Source of the DNA: an uncultured Saccharicrinis sp. | GTDB taxonomy: Bacteria; Bacteroidota; Bacteroidia; Bacteroidales; Marinilabiliaceae | Length of the DNA stretch: 64,000 bases | Assembly (NCBI GenBank): GCA_963677655.1 | Contig: OY782089.1 | Direction: 5' to 3' (one strand) | In this document: in pieces, positions 17,829-28,118 of the stretch | How positions within the stretch are numbered: position 1 is the first letter of the stretch | Layout of the letters: every line of letters starts with the position of its first letter | Program-made: the position numbers and the translations under genes | The notes under the pieces: model-generated | What the model saw: only the letters and a program-made list of their open reading frames with translations | What the model was told of the DNA's origin: nothing | Database searches by the model: none

Positions 17829-20120
17829 TTACTCAACAAACAACACCACCGTTTGCATTGGCTTAACAGATATCTCGTCTGTATTAATCACTTCTCCTTC
17901 AACCAGATCCTTCCCCTTTTTAAACTTACCAGGTATCTGTAATGGATAAGACTTATCTCTGGTACAATTCATTGCAATTAAATAAGGTCCATATTCCATC
18001 ACATAGAAATTACCTTTTCCTGCATAGATATTTTCTTTACCCGGTTTCCATCCTTCCTGATCGTCGGGAACTACGGCAATGGGTTGCTTAATGCCTGCTC
18101 GGGCAAGGGTCATACCTTCAGCTTTATAGTTTCGATCATGCATCTTCGAAAATGGAGCATTGGGTTGATCGGGCATGGTATAATATAATCCGCTTTCATT
18201 AAATTCTGTTTCAATGTGAACAATGGCATCATGCTCCGTAAAAGGCGTTATGAGGTGAATACGAGCCAAATTGTTAATTGCATAACGTGCCCGCCAGTAC
18301 AGCGAAACATATATAATTTCATCCCCATTTTTAATAGCCAGTGCCCCCACTTCAGGATCGGCAAAAACAAAATCGGGCTGTCCCGGAGTCATAGGTAACA
18401 ATTTGTTTTGAGCCGGTTGAACTTTAACCTTTTCATAAATATGTGGTGTTTCCATCTGGCTTCGCAGTTCATTGTACCTGTTTCCTTTCAACCGAGCTCT
18501 TAAAGTGACAAAATATTGGTTATCGTTTAAAATTTGTTGTCCATAAGCCAGCATATCCGAGTCAAGTGTAGCAGCTGCAATATCTAAAGGTCCACCATCA
18601 CGAGCCGGTCTTTGTCCATAGGCCATGTCACCTGGATAATGCCAATCCCTCCAGCCAGTTATCGCTTCCATGTTCATGGTACGCTCGCCATTTTCAGTCA
18701 CCAAAGGATAACGGAATATGGTTCTTGCTTTCGAAATCTTCAATATTTGTTCTTTTAGCCGGGCATCACCTTCCTCCTCAAGTGAAGGTCTGCTAGAATC
18801 ATACATGCCAATGATCAGATCCTGAACTTCGCCATAAGCGCCAACATATCCCAGTTCCTTGGTTAAACACTTTTCGGTAAGCTGCATGAAGTTTTCACCC
18901 TTCGACCACGATGGCTGAAGGTTTTCATCCCAGCTTCCGCTCCAGGGTTGAATACCTATGGATTCGTACATTAGGCGCAAAGCCGTTTCTTCGGACCAGG
19001 CTTTTTCAGGTGTTAGAACCGCAATACCACGGTTACAGCGGTATGTGTACATGTCGACAATCATAGATTGATTGGTGTAGGCGCGACGATTTTGAACATG
19101 CCAATCACGCGAAGCAACCAACATTTCGGTCCACGCTTCCTTTTGACTTAAATTGGTGCCTTCAAGTTTTGTATCCCAATAGGATTTTATTGGTTTAGAC
19201 AATAGAGAGATTGCCTCGCCAATGGCTCCATAACCTTCCCATGTTTTACCCACAATCTCCGGGTTTGATTTGAATTCGACATAATGTAGGTTGATAGCTT
19301 TAACTATTTTTTCAATCACCTTTTTGTTTTCGTAAGCATCAGTCCAGTCGATCTGATAAGCCCTTGCCAAAAAATGAATACCATCTTTTTGAAGTTTGCC
19401 GCTGCCATTTAAGTCACGGTTAATGGCCTTATTAATTTTTTCTTTAACCTCTTCGAGAACCTCTTCGCCAGGGCCATCAGCTCTTTTCAACTCATCCCAG
19501 GCAATTTGCTTATTTACCTGGTTTACCTCCCAATAAGGTTCGGTGTGGATGTAGCTTGAATAGACTCCGCGAGATGCATCCTTCATGGGCTTTTGATACT
19601 TCTCGAAAGTATTTCCGTATCCCCAAATGGGACCTTGCGCCTCAATGGCAAGCTCCACGTTTTGTTTTCCTTTTGTCATATTTTTAGGCAAAGGCAGCGT
19701 TTTATAAAAAAAGTTACCCGGATTACGAGGTCGGCTGTACATAATATCCAGAGGATCGACCTCGCCTAAGTGACGTTGGCCAATTTGTTTCCCATCAATA
19801 TATAACATTAGCCGAGTGTCCTCACTGTTTAAATCACCACCCCAAAATTTAGTGGTAATGTAATTGGGTTTATCAGGATCAACCTGAACAGTAAAAGTTA
19901 TTCGTCCCCCTCGCCAGCCTTCTTTTTCAGGAGGGAGCAAAATCCTGGCAGGCAAGCCTGTTTCACCATCAATAACCCGGCTTAAATTATCCTTGAAATC
20001 ATGATTTCCTTCAGATTGACTATTACCAAACTGCAACGAATCAATTACTGTATTTGCATTTGCAATCGACAGCACCAATACAAATAAAAAGAATAAGACA
20101 ATACGCTTCATGTATAACAT
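17829..20120 (-). CDS. Secreted hypothetical protein: N-terminal beta-sandwich plus helical domain, putative CAZyme
   Basis: 763-aa ORF with a signal peptide (start probably 20111) inside the operon. No catalytic motif recognised. Confidence 0.6.
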   Translation of the reverse strand: MLYMKRIVLFFLFVLVLSIANANTVIDSLQFGNSQSEGNHDFKDNLSRVIDGETGLPARILLPPEKEGWRGGRITFTVQVDPDKPNYITTKFWGGDLNSEDTRLMLYIDGKQIGQRHLGEVDPLDIMYSRPRNPGNFFYKTLPLPKNMTKGKQNVELAIEAQGPIWGYGNTFEKYQKPMKDASRGVYSSYIHTEPYWEVNQVNKQIAWDELKRADGPGEEVLEEVKEKINKAINRDLNGSGKLQKDGIHFLARAYQIDWTDAYENKKVIEKIVKAINLHYVEFKSNPEIVGKTWEGYGAIGEAISLLSKPIKSYWDTKLEGTNLSQKEAWTEMLVASRDWHVQNRRAYTNQSMIVDMYTYRCNRGIAVLTPEKAWSEETALRLMYESIGIQPWSGSWDENLQPSWSKGENFMQLTEKCLTKELGYVGAYGEVQDLIIGMYDSSRPSLEEEGDARLKEQILKISKARTIFRYPLVTENGERTMNMEAITGWRDWHYPGDMAYGQRPARDGGPLDIAAATLDSDMLAYGQQILNDNQYFVTLRARLKGNRYNELRSQMETPHIYEKVKVQPAQNKLLPMTPGQPDFVFADPEVGALAIKNGDEIIYVSLYWRARYAINNLARIHLITPFTEHDAIVHIETEFNESGLYYTMPDQPNAPFSKMHDRNYKAEGMTLARAGIKQPIAVVPDDQEGWKPGKENIYAGKGNFYVMEYGPYLIAMNCTRDKSYPLQIPGKFKKGKDLVEGEVINTDEISVKPMQTVVLFVE

Positions 20121-20131
20121 ATGTTTTGGTT

Positions 20132-23100
20132 TTACTTGGTTGTTATTTCTTTTCTTATAAGCTCACCGTCAAGGAATTCTTTGGTGGAAACTGTAATATT
20201 TTTGTTGTCGCTTTCAAGACCAGAAATGGTTATTTCCTGAGTTCTACCATCTACCAATTCAACCACTAATTCATTGGCACTTATAGCAGTAACAGACTTA
20301 ATTATCGATTCTGTTTCGAAAGGCTCAACAACAGACAGGTAGCGGGTTTCTTTACCCTGCGTTCTTGCTGCAATGGTCTTTCTGCGCGACGACTCATCTC
20401 CCAATGGAAAATCTCCACCCAGTTTAGCTTTAAACGAAACAGCGTCTATACCCGATAAATCAATGGTAACTGTACCTTCACCCTTTTTATCTTCCGGACT
20501 TCCCGGTATCGGTTTATTCATTAATTCACCTTGAATTTTCACTGGACCACCATAATAATCCTGCCCATCAGCAGCGGGCTTGCGCATATTATTATATTTT
20601 ACCGGCAAGTCTGAAACAAACACTTCTGAACCATCTTTTAAAATGATTTTTGCATTCCCCCAGAAAATGGTATTTGTTTTTTTCCAGGAGGAACTCACTC
20701 TTGTGGTCAATACCAGCTCTTTTTTACCGGAAATATCTAAATCAATATTTCTAGAGCCTAATATCCATGCGCCAGTGCTATCGCTTAGCAAGTTCTGTCC
20801 ATCGGCTGCTATATCATACCAGAGTCTTTTGTTCACTCCAAAAGATTCTGGAGCCGTTCCAATCATGATCTCATTTTGTTGCGGCCAGGCATTAAACACA
20901 TCCATTTTTAATGTGCCTTCTTCACTGTTTGGCATTCGTGCGCCATTATTATCACAACCTTCGCCCCAACACATTTCAAATTTACTTCGGGCAGTTCCTT
21001 CCGTTTTATACCAGTCGCAATCAGTAATAAATTGAGCTGCTCCTAAAGGATCCATATTCATCTGATTATCATGACGAATAAATTCTTTTTTATTAGCACT
21101 TAACCCTTGGAAACCTTTTATTTGGAACATCCAATCGTAAGTATGTTCATTCTCAGCCTCCAGATAATCAGCCAAAACAATGTAGTCATCCATCATAATC
21201 ATAAGACGACGCTGTAAAATTTCATCATCAGTATAACCTGTACATTTTCCATATTCAGGCGCATCCTCAGGAATATAAAGCGAGCGGTTTTCTTCTTCTG
21301 ACTTTTGTTTAAAAGTATAACCAGGCTTGTAAGAATATACAATTCCACCATAGGGAGGATGACTCCACCTCGCTTTGGTCTCAACAACCGATGCTTGCAT
21401 CATATCCCCGGTATAGTAAAAGGTTCGGAAACTTTCCTTAGGTTCTTGTTGCTTCTGATCTACTACCACCATGTTTTTGTTGATGGAGGATTGAACCAGC
21501 ATTTTATATAAATAGGATGAGTAGCCATACCAGAACATTTCTGGATTATAAAAGCTGCGTCCATAACGCATCATTGAAACCAGGTTGGTACGGTCGAAAT
21601 GGCCATGATAACCACCATGTGTACCGTAGTGTAACACCGTCTGTATTTGTTCACGCTGCTCTCTTTCTTTAGTTTGAGAGCGCAATACAACAGCTCCAAT
21701 ATTATCGGCATAGGATGATTCTGTCATTTTCTTAGAGTTTACATCTGGTAAATCAGGTACTCCGTACAACAAATCACGCTTATCGCCCCTTTTAATTATA
21801 GCTGCATACTCCGGATCTCCATACATGTAGTAGGCCAACTCGAAAGGCTTAGCTGTAACCACTGCTTCCTGGGCATCGTTAATAGCGAAAAGTACACCGC
21901 GATAATCAAGAAAAGGCACAACTGCATCCCACATATCTTTTATGCCAACACTATTGGTTTCCAATAAACCCCATTTATCGAAGTTCATTCCATACAGACC
22001 AGGTTTTCTGCGGTCTGGCTCAAGTGAATAATGTTTGGTCGTACCAATAGGAAACTGCTTGTCTTTAAGGTTTTCACCCCAAGGTTCAAGAGCGATGGCT
22101 ATCTCCGAAAATTCGGCTGCTACCCAAAGATTATAACCTACAGAACATTCGTACCACCATCCGTCGCCCATAACACCATGTACAATCTGGTTATAAATTC
22201 CGGTTGGCATTTCAAGCAATATCTCTACCAGATGCAAATCCTGTAAAGCCAAAGCACAATATATGGCACCGGTAATTTCTGCAATGTTCCAGTTGCCAAT
22301 TCCTCCTCGCTGATTACCTTCAATACAACGATGTATGTATAAACGGAATGATTTTTCTATTAACTCTTCTTCTTTTGCTGTAAACAATCCAGCATCACGA
22401 ATCATATCGTAACTTCGTCCAACCCCTTGCCAAAATACACCTTCAGCCACAAAAGATTTTCCTCCTCCATGAAGTGTAACCGGATAACCTGTTTCCTCAT
22501 CAATCAGGCGGCGGAATAATTTCGCTACCTTTTCGGCATACGCCTTCTTGCCTGTAAGCTGGTAAGCTATACCGCACTCATATAAACGGTCGCCTTCCCC
22601 CTTCGAAAAAATGGGCAAATATTCACCTGTTTCTTCATTTTGAGAAACCGGGGCACCTTGCGGGACTTTCCAATTACCCGCCTTTGTTTCATACTCGGCC
22701 AATGCCTCTTTTGCCCAATCATAGTTTGTGATTTTATCTTTTACTTCCTGCCATTTTTCTGCAGTAAAAACAATATTTGGCGTTGGTACTGCTACTGCTG
22801 TGGTAAATGTTATATTCTCTACGGCAGAACCAATGCCGTTTGGGATGGCTTGCAAGATCTGTTTTTCCCGAACCCCCTGCGGTAGTGGCACAGGTAGATA
22901 GACTTTTACTTTACATGTTCGGATTTCTCCCGGTTCTAAATCCAGTTCTGCCGGTTCAATACTTGGCTGCATGGATTCCCAGCCCATCTGTTTAAACAGA
23001 AACTTAATGGACATTTTTTCTGAACTCGTATTTCCAACATTTACTTCATAAATAACATTAGAGCCAGGCTTTGTTGAACGTCCCTGCACATAGGCATCGA

Positions 23101-23635
23101 GCCACAATTTATCTCCTTTGGTAAGCTTTATCTCTTTAATCGCCAGCGTTGAGCTTTCCGTGGAACTTGCTTTGACAAGAACTTTTTTGATGGCCTGAAG
23201 TGCGGCACCTCGCTGTCCGACAGGAATGTTAAACAAATCCCATGGTAAATAAACGCTTTTCCAGCCCTCTCCTGCAACCTTTACGTCAGCTGTACTCACA
23301 TTATGGAACTTTTCCATATCCAAGGAGTCAACTATTAGCGAAACTGAAACCTTGGCAGCATCCGGTTTCTTTAAATTAATTTGTAATGATATACCGGCAT
23401 ATCCACTAAAATCAGCAACATCTCCATCAAAATCACGCATCAAACCTGGCTTTCTTCTTTCTACACCAGCAAAACGATACGTTATTTCTGAACCGCTTTT
23501 AATAGTTGCTATATTGTTTTTTACTTTTTCAATTCCTGTCCAACCGGAAAAATCAGCATTGCCAATTAATTGGGTAAGTTGTGCATTTGCATTTATTGTT
23601 AAGAACATTATAAACGCAATTATCAAACTTCTCAT
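20132..23635 (-). CDS. Large heparinase II/III-like putative lyase with CBM-like, Ig-like and NPCBM-like accessory domains
   Basis: GNWNIAE, DGWWYECSVGY, HGGYHGHFDR, KNMVVVD; paralog of 28119..31604. Confidence 0.6.
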   Translation of the reverse strand: MRSLIIAFIMFLTINANAQLTQLIGNADFSGWTGIEKVKNNIATIKSGSEITYRFAGVERRKPGLMRDFDGDVADFSGYAGISLQINLKKPDAAKVSVSLIVDSLDMEKFHNVSTADVKVAGEGWKSVYLPWDLFNIPVGQRGAALQAIKKVLVKASSTESSTLAIKEIKLTKGDKLWLDAYVQGRSTKPGSNVIYEVNVGNTSSEKMSIKFLFKQMGWESMQPSIEPAELDLEPGEIRTCKVKVYLPVPLPQGVREKQILQAIPNGIGSAVENITFTTAVAVPTPNIVFTAEKWQEVKDKITNYDWAKEALAEYETKAGNWKVPQGAPVSQNEETGEYLPIFSKGEGDRLYECGIAYQLTGKKAYAEKVAKLFRRLIDEETGYPVTLHGGGKSFVAEGVFWQGVGRSYDMIRDAGLFTAKEEELIEKSFRLYIHRCIEGNQRGGIGNWNIAEITGAIYCALALQDLHLVEILLEMPTGIYNQIVHGVMGDGWWYECSVGYNLWVAAEFSEIAIALEPWGENLKDKQFPIGTTKHYSLEPDRRKPGLYGMNFDKWGLLETNSVGIKDMWDAVVPFLDYRGVLFAINDAQEAVVTAKPFELAYYMYGDPEYAAIIKRGDKRDLLYGVPDLPDVNSKKMTESSYADNIGAVVLRSQTKEREQREQIQTVLHYGTHGGYHGHFDRTNLVSMMRYGRSFYNPEMFWYGYSSYLYKMLVQSSINKNMVVVDQKQQEPKESFRTFYYTGDMMQASVVETKARWSHPPYGGIVYSYKPGYTFKQKSEEENRSLYIPEDAPEYGKCTGYTDDEILQRRLMIMMDDYIVLADYLEAENEHTYDWMFQIKGFQGLSANKKEFIRHDNQMNMDPLGAAQFITDCDWYKTEGTARSKFEMCWGEGCDNNGARMPNSEEGTLKMDVFNAWPQQNEIMIGTAPESFGVNKRLWYDIAADGQNLLSDSTGAWILGSRNIDLDISGKKELVLTTRVSSSWKKTNTIFWGNAKIILKDGSEVFVSDLPVKYNNMRKPAADGQDYYGGPVKIQGELMNKPIPGSPEDKKGEGTVTIDLSGIDAVSFKAKLGGDFPLGDESSRRKTIAARTQGKETRYLSVVEPFETESIIKSVTAISANELVVELVDGRTQEITISGLESDNKNITVSTKEFLDGELIRKEITTK

Positions 23636-23666
23636 TATTATTATTATTTATATGTTTATTTCTATC

Positions 23667-25088
23667 TTACCAAAGAATCTTAACATCCTTTGGCCATTGT
23701 TTTACATCTGTATATTCCTCATTGCCAACTTCAAACACACTATTCTCCATCCTTACATTGCACTTTAACAGACCCATATCAATTTTTTTATTATCAAAAC
23801 GGCTGTTAATTACAAAAGATTTCCCTTGAACAATCCTCCACATGGCACCCCAGGTATTGTCAACAACTACGCATCGGTTTAGAATTACATTTTGCGGAAC
23901 CCATTTAGGGTCTTCGGTATATTCAAATTTGTTGTAATACTCTTCACAAGGAAACCACATGGCAACCCGTTTAAAGCCCGACAAATGATGCTTGTGAAAA
24001 AACAGATAGCCACCCTGATCATTATCCGCTTGTATTCCGTTACCTTTTCCGTCTTTCATAACACAACGCTGTGTTAGCAGGTGACGGGTTGAGGTATATT
24101 TATTTGATTTGCCTTCTGTGGGGTACGACATATCACAATCGGATTGAAGTACTTGACCAACAAACAAAAAATAAACATTATGATGCAATCCTCCACTTGT
24201 ACCGTTATGCTGAAACAAACAATTGTCCATAACAATATTATTGACTCTGCTAATACCTATACCATGCGAACTAAAGTTGGCCATATTCACATTTTGGAAC
24301 ATAAACCGGGTATGCCGGTCGTCATTATCTCCACGAAGGTTTAACCCGCTTACTTTCCCACCTTTAACACCTCGCATCGTAAGATCTTTGAAAACAATAT
24401 CAGTTAATTTAGGTTCACCCTGATGAAGAAAGCTGCCCTTCATATTAGATATATGCGTAAGAATAGTTTTGTTTCTACCTTCGCCACACAAGGTAACCAT
24501 GCTTTTTAGTTTCAAGGTTGAGCTAATAATATGTGTACCTTCTTTTAAAAATACAATGCCTCCACCAGCATTATTTGCAGAGTCAATTGCTGACTGAATA
24601 TCTTCTCCCGGGTATATAGTAATAATCTTGTTAAAATATTGCTGAGGATACTCAGCGTGCTTAAATTCATCTCCCCATTTATCTGCCATTATGGCTAATA
24701 CTTCAGGTTCAATATTCACCTTTGATATTTTATATACAGCCATTTCATCGCCAGTTGAGGCAAGTTTAACCTCAACACGGTTATCGGAACCCTTTTTTAT
24801 TTTAACTGTAAACTTTTTGGTTTTGTAACCTAATTTTGAAAAGCATAACTGAATTTTATTTGCTTCATATTCATTGAAAGTCCAAATAAATTTACCATCG
24901 GCTTTGGTTTTAACAGCCTCTCCATTATAGCTTATTTCAACGCCATCAAGAAGAGCATCATTTTTATCAGTAACAACACCACTAATGTATAATTTTGTTT
25001 CTTCCTGTGCATTTAGGCTAAAACCACTTTGAATTATTAAAATCAAGATTAAAAAGAATCTTGATTCTACTTTTATTAATTCCTTCAT
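23667..25088 (-). CDS. Carboxypeptidase-regulatory-like domain plus right-handed beta-helix (pectin lyase fold) protein
   Basis: ISGVVTDKNDALLDGVEI N-domain; PGEDIQSAIDSANNAGGGIVFLKEGTH beta-helix cap; paralog of 26801..27949. Confidence 0.7.
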   Translation of the reverse strand: MKELIKVESRFFLILILIIQSGFSLNAQEETKLYISGVVTDKNDALLDGVEISYNGEAVKTKADGKFIWTFNEYEANKIQLCFSKLGYKTKKFTVKIKKGSDNRVEVKLASTGDEMAVYKISKVNIEPEVLAIMADKWGDEFKHAEYPQQYFNKIITIYPGEDIQSAIDSANNAGGGIVFLKEGTHIISSTLKLKSMVTLCGEGRNKTILTHISNMKGSFLHQGEPKLTDIVFKDLTMRGVKGGKVSGLNLRGDNDDRHTRFMFQNVNMANFSSHGIGISRVNNIVMDNCLFQHNGTSGGLHHNVYFLFVGQVLQSDCDMSYPTEGKSNKYTSTRHLLTQRCVMKDGKGNGIQADNDQGGYLFFHKHHLSGFKRVAMWFPCEEYYNKFEYTEDPKWVPQNVILNRCVVVDNTWGAMWRIVQGKSFVINSRFDNKKIDMGLLKCNVRMENSVFEVGNEEYTDVKQWPKDVKILW

Positions 25089-25094
25089 GTAAAT

Positions 25095-26786
25095 TTATTC
25101 TATATTTAATTGTTTCTTGATTTCCATTACTTTTTTATGCGCATTGGTTTTTATGTGGCGATCATAATCCTGCGTATAAAGAGTTGCCAATGATTCGTAC
25201 TTCTTTGGTAAGGCATTATAATCTTCCCAGGCTTTATCATAAGCCACTATCCACTTTTTCATTTCAACCTGGTCATTTTTTACTTCTGCACTCGACAAAT
25301 TAATTAAGGCACGATAAATCTCGTAAAGGTGCAAACCATACTTGGCAGAACCTATCACATGTTCAGATGCTTTACTTGAGCCCCAATCTATTGATTTTGC
25401 AAGCTCAACGATTTCTTGCCATTTGGCTACTGCTTCATCCTTTTGTTGCAGGTTTCGTTGATTACCTTCAGCATCTTTCGGAGTTTTGGGATAATTCATT
25501 CCCTGATCGCGCGTCCACCACTCATTCATATCTCCATAAGTAGAGTTTCTACCCCTAACCACAGCTTCAGCCGATAACAAACATAACTTTCTGAAAGCCG
25601 GAACATCTTTTTCTTTAAGTTTTAAACGTTTCAATGCATACTGATTAAAAACATCTTCCTCTTTTTGTTTAGGATCAGCTGCCCATTGTGCGGCAATCCA
25701 GGCATTCAGATCGCACCACATTTCATTTTTAATATAAGGCCCTTCCCAGCCTCCACCCCTACTCCAGGTCCATATCCCTGCATATAAGTCGGGACGTTTT
25801 TCTACAAATTCAGCCAAACTGTTTACATGGTCTTCTCTCTGTTTTTTATGCTCTTCAAAACCATTGATTACACCATTTAAAACATAGTTAGGATACGCAC
25901 CCTTCCCTTCATATTCACGGGCACATTGCACTTCTATAATTTGTTTGTGACGACCTTGCCCAATGAGTTTACTGAAATTAGTAGAACGGTGAAAATCACC
26001 CTCGCAATGTTTGATACTTAAAACTAAGTTTTCGTGAGGTTCAACAGCATCACTTACAGCAAGGTAAGTTTCTTCCTTAGTGTCGAAAGATCGCCATGTT
26101 CTGAATATTAGCCGTTTATTACGATTAACACATATTTCCTCCCTTAGAATATTCATCAGGGGTATAATGGTTTTTTCAGCATTGGACTTATCTTGAATAT
26201 GACCTTTATGATAAGGTGCATCATGCAGGTAGGTTTCACCAATTCGAACTACTAATCCGTCCATATCCGGAAACTGGTCGAACATTTCATTTATTTGAGC
26301 ACGAAGTAGTTTTTCTGTCAACGAATCGTTCGGATTTCCAAAAGTTTCTTCAATTTGATATTTTTCGATTAACCTTTTGGGAAACAAAATTAAATCCGAC
26401 ATGGCATAAATAGCCATTCCCTGTTCCTTACACGCTTTGTGCATTTTATAGATCTTAGCAGCTTTTTCATCTACCCATTTGCGATCGTCCGAACCTTTAG
26501 GCAAAATATCTTTATCCACCGATTCCCAGTTAATGGCCAAGGCAGGAGATTCAAACAAGAAATAAACTTTACCATTATATCCCATCTCCTTTATAAAAGC
26601 AGGATCGTTAAATTGCGATTCATAAGGCGCTTCTCCAGGATTATGGTGAACCATATCCAGTATCAACGGTTCAGATGTTTTTTTCTGACTACATGAGATA
26701 GAGAACAACAGGCTAAAGATAATCAGCATGTTTACCAAAGTATAACTACTTTTTAACTTATTAGTATCTAAATATTGACTCTTCAT
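25095..26786 (-). CDS. Hypothetical lipoprotein, possibly a TIM-barrel glycoside hydrolase
   Basis: The track start 26807 is a TTG overlapping the upstream stop, so ATG 26786 is preferred. Lipobox SISC. Motifs DGLVVRIGE, QCAREYEGKG and WTWSRGGGW suggest a catalytic barrel. Confidence 0.55.
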   Translation of the reverse strand: MKSQYLDTNKLKSSYTLVNMLIIFSLLFSISCSQKKTSEPLILDMVHHNPGEAPYESQFNDPAFIKEMGYNGKVYFLFESPALAINWESVDKDILPKGSDDRKWVDEKAAKIYKMHKACKEQGMAIYAMSDLILFPKRLIEKYQIEETFGNPNDSLTEKLLRAQINEMFDQFPDMDGLVVRIGETYLHDAPYHKGHIQDKSNAEKTIIPLMNILREEICVNRNKRLIFRTWRSFDTKEETYLAVSDAVEPHENLVLSIKHCEGDFHRSTNFSKLIGQGRHKQIIEVQCAREYEGKGAYPNYVLNGVINGFEEHKKQREDHVNSLAEFVEKRPDLYAGIWTWSRGGGWEGPYIKNEMWCDLNAWIAAQWAADPKQKEEDVFNQYALKRLKLKEKDVPAFRKLCLLSAEAVVRGRNSTYGDMNEWWTRDQGMNYPKTPKDAEGNQRNLQQKDEAVAKWQEIVELAKSIDWGSSKASEHVIGSAKYGLHLYEIYRALINLSSAEVKNDQVEMKKWIVAYDKAWEDYNALPKKYESLATLYTQDYDRHIKTNAHKKVMEIKKQLNIE

Positions 26787-26800
26787 ATTTGTTTTCGATC

Positions 26801-27949
26801 TTACCAAAGTAATTTAACATCCTTTGGCCATTGTTTTACATCGGTGTACTCTTTGTTTCCTTTTTTGAAACTGCTGTTTTCCTTGATCACACCGCATTTA
26901 AGCAATCCCATATCTATCTTCTTATTATCAAATTCACTATTGATTATATAAGATTTACCACTAACCATTCTCCACATGGCACCCCAGGTATTGTTCACAA
27001 TTTTACAACGGTTTAGAATTACATTTTGCGGTGCATATTTGGGATTTTCGGTGTAGTTATACTTGTCGTAATAATGCTCGCAAGGAAACCACATGGCAAC
27101 ACGTCCACAACCAGAGATATTATATTTATGGAAAAAGAAATAACCAGCTTCTTCATGGTCTGCCTGAATACCATTCCCTATGCAGTCCCTGATTGTAATT
27201 CGTTGTGCTATTACATGCTCAAACGAAGTGTATTTGTTACCTTTTCCTTTTACTGGGTAAGACATATCGCAGTCAGATTGCAACAAATACTTGTTGTAAA
27301 GAAAATATACATTGTGATGCAATCCTCCTGAAGAACCATTGTATTGAACATCACACTTATCCATAATAATATTATTGGTACGCTTGATATGCACGCCATG
27401 TTTGGCCCAATCAGACACCGTGATATTTTGCATCATGATTCGGGTGTGACGACTTTCATTGCGGCCTCGCATTAATATACCGTTCGCATCTCCAACACGA
27501 GTACCTCTTAATGTTAAATCTTTGATAACCACATCTGTTACTTGGGGTTCTGCTTCAGCATTAAAACAATTAGATGTCATATCTGGTCCTTGAACCAAAA
27601 CAGTTTGGGCTCTTCCTTCCCCAATAATGGTCACCTTGCTTTTCAAAATAAGCGTAGTGTCGAGCATATGTGTACCTGCAGAAATTGCAACCACTCCTCC
27701 TCCTGCCATATGTGCCTTATCAATAGCTGTTTGAATGTTATCTCCAGGATTAACGGTAATAACATTATCCAACCATTGCTGAGGATATTCTACATGAATA
27801 AATTCATCCTTCCACTTATCGTCTATTAAGGATAATACTTCCGGCTCAATTTCAACTTTTGAGTAAGCATACTTATTCTGGGAGGATATGTTTATAAAGC
27901 CAACCAAAGTAAAGAGACTGACGAGTACTACTTTTTTTAAATCCTTCAT
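26801..27949 (-). CDS. Right-handed beta-helix (pectin lyase fold) protein
   Basis: PGDNIQTAIDKAHMAGGGVV cap and GLHHNVYFL. C-terminus EYTDVKQWPKDVKLLW is nearly identical to that of 23667..25088. Confidence 0.7.
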   Translation of the reverse strand: MKDLKKVVLVSLFTLVGFINISSQNKYAYSKVEIEPEVLSLIDDKWKDEFIHVEYPQQWLDNVITVNPGDNIQTAIDKAHMAGGGVVAISAGTHMLDTTLILKSKVTIIGEGRAQTVLVQGPDMTSNCFNAEAEPQVTDVVIKDLTLRGTRVGDANGILMRGRNESRHTRIMMQNITVSDWAKHGVHIKRTNNIIMDKCDVQYNGSSGGLHHNVYFLYNKYLLQSDCDMSYPVKGKGNKYTSFEHVIAQRITIRDCIGNGIQADHEEAGYFFFHKYNISGCGRVAMWFPCEHYYDKYNYTENPKYAPQNVILNRCKIVNNTWGAMWRMVSGKSYIINSEFDNKKIDMGLLKCGVIKENSSFKKGNKEYTDVKQWPKDVKLLW

Positions 27950-28118
27950 TTATAATTTATTCTTAATTACTTTATGACTTTTCTCAGAACCGTTGAGGGA
28001 TATAATCCTGACGAAATAATAAGGCACAAATACTTTTCATAAAAAATTGTAATAAGTATAGTTTATTAATCTGAGTTCAATTAAAATTTTAGAATTCAGA
28101 TGATTAATTCAAGCCAGA

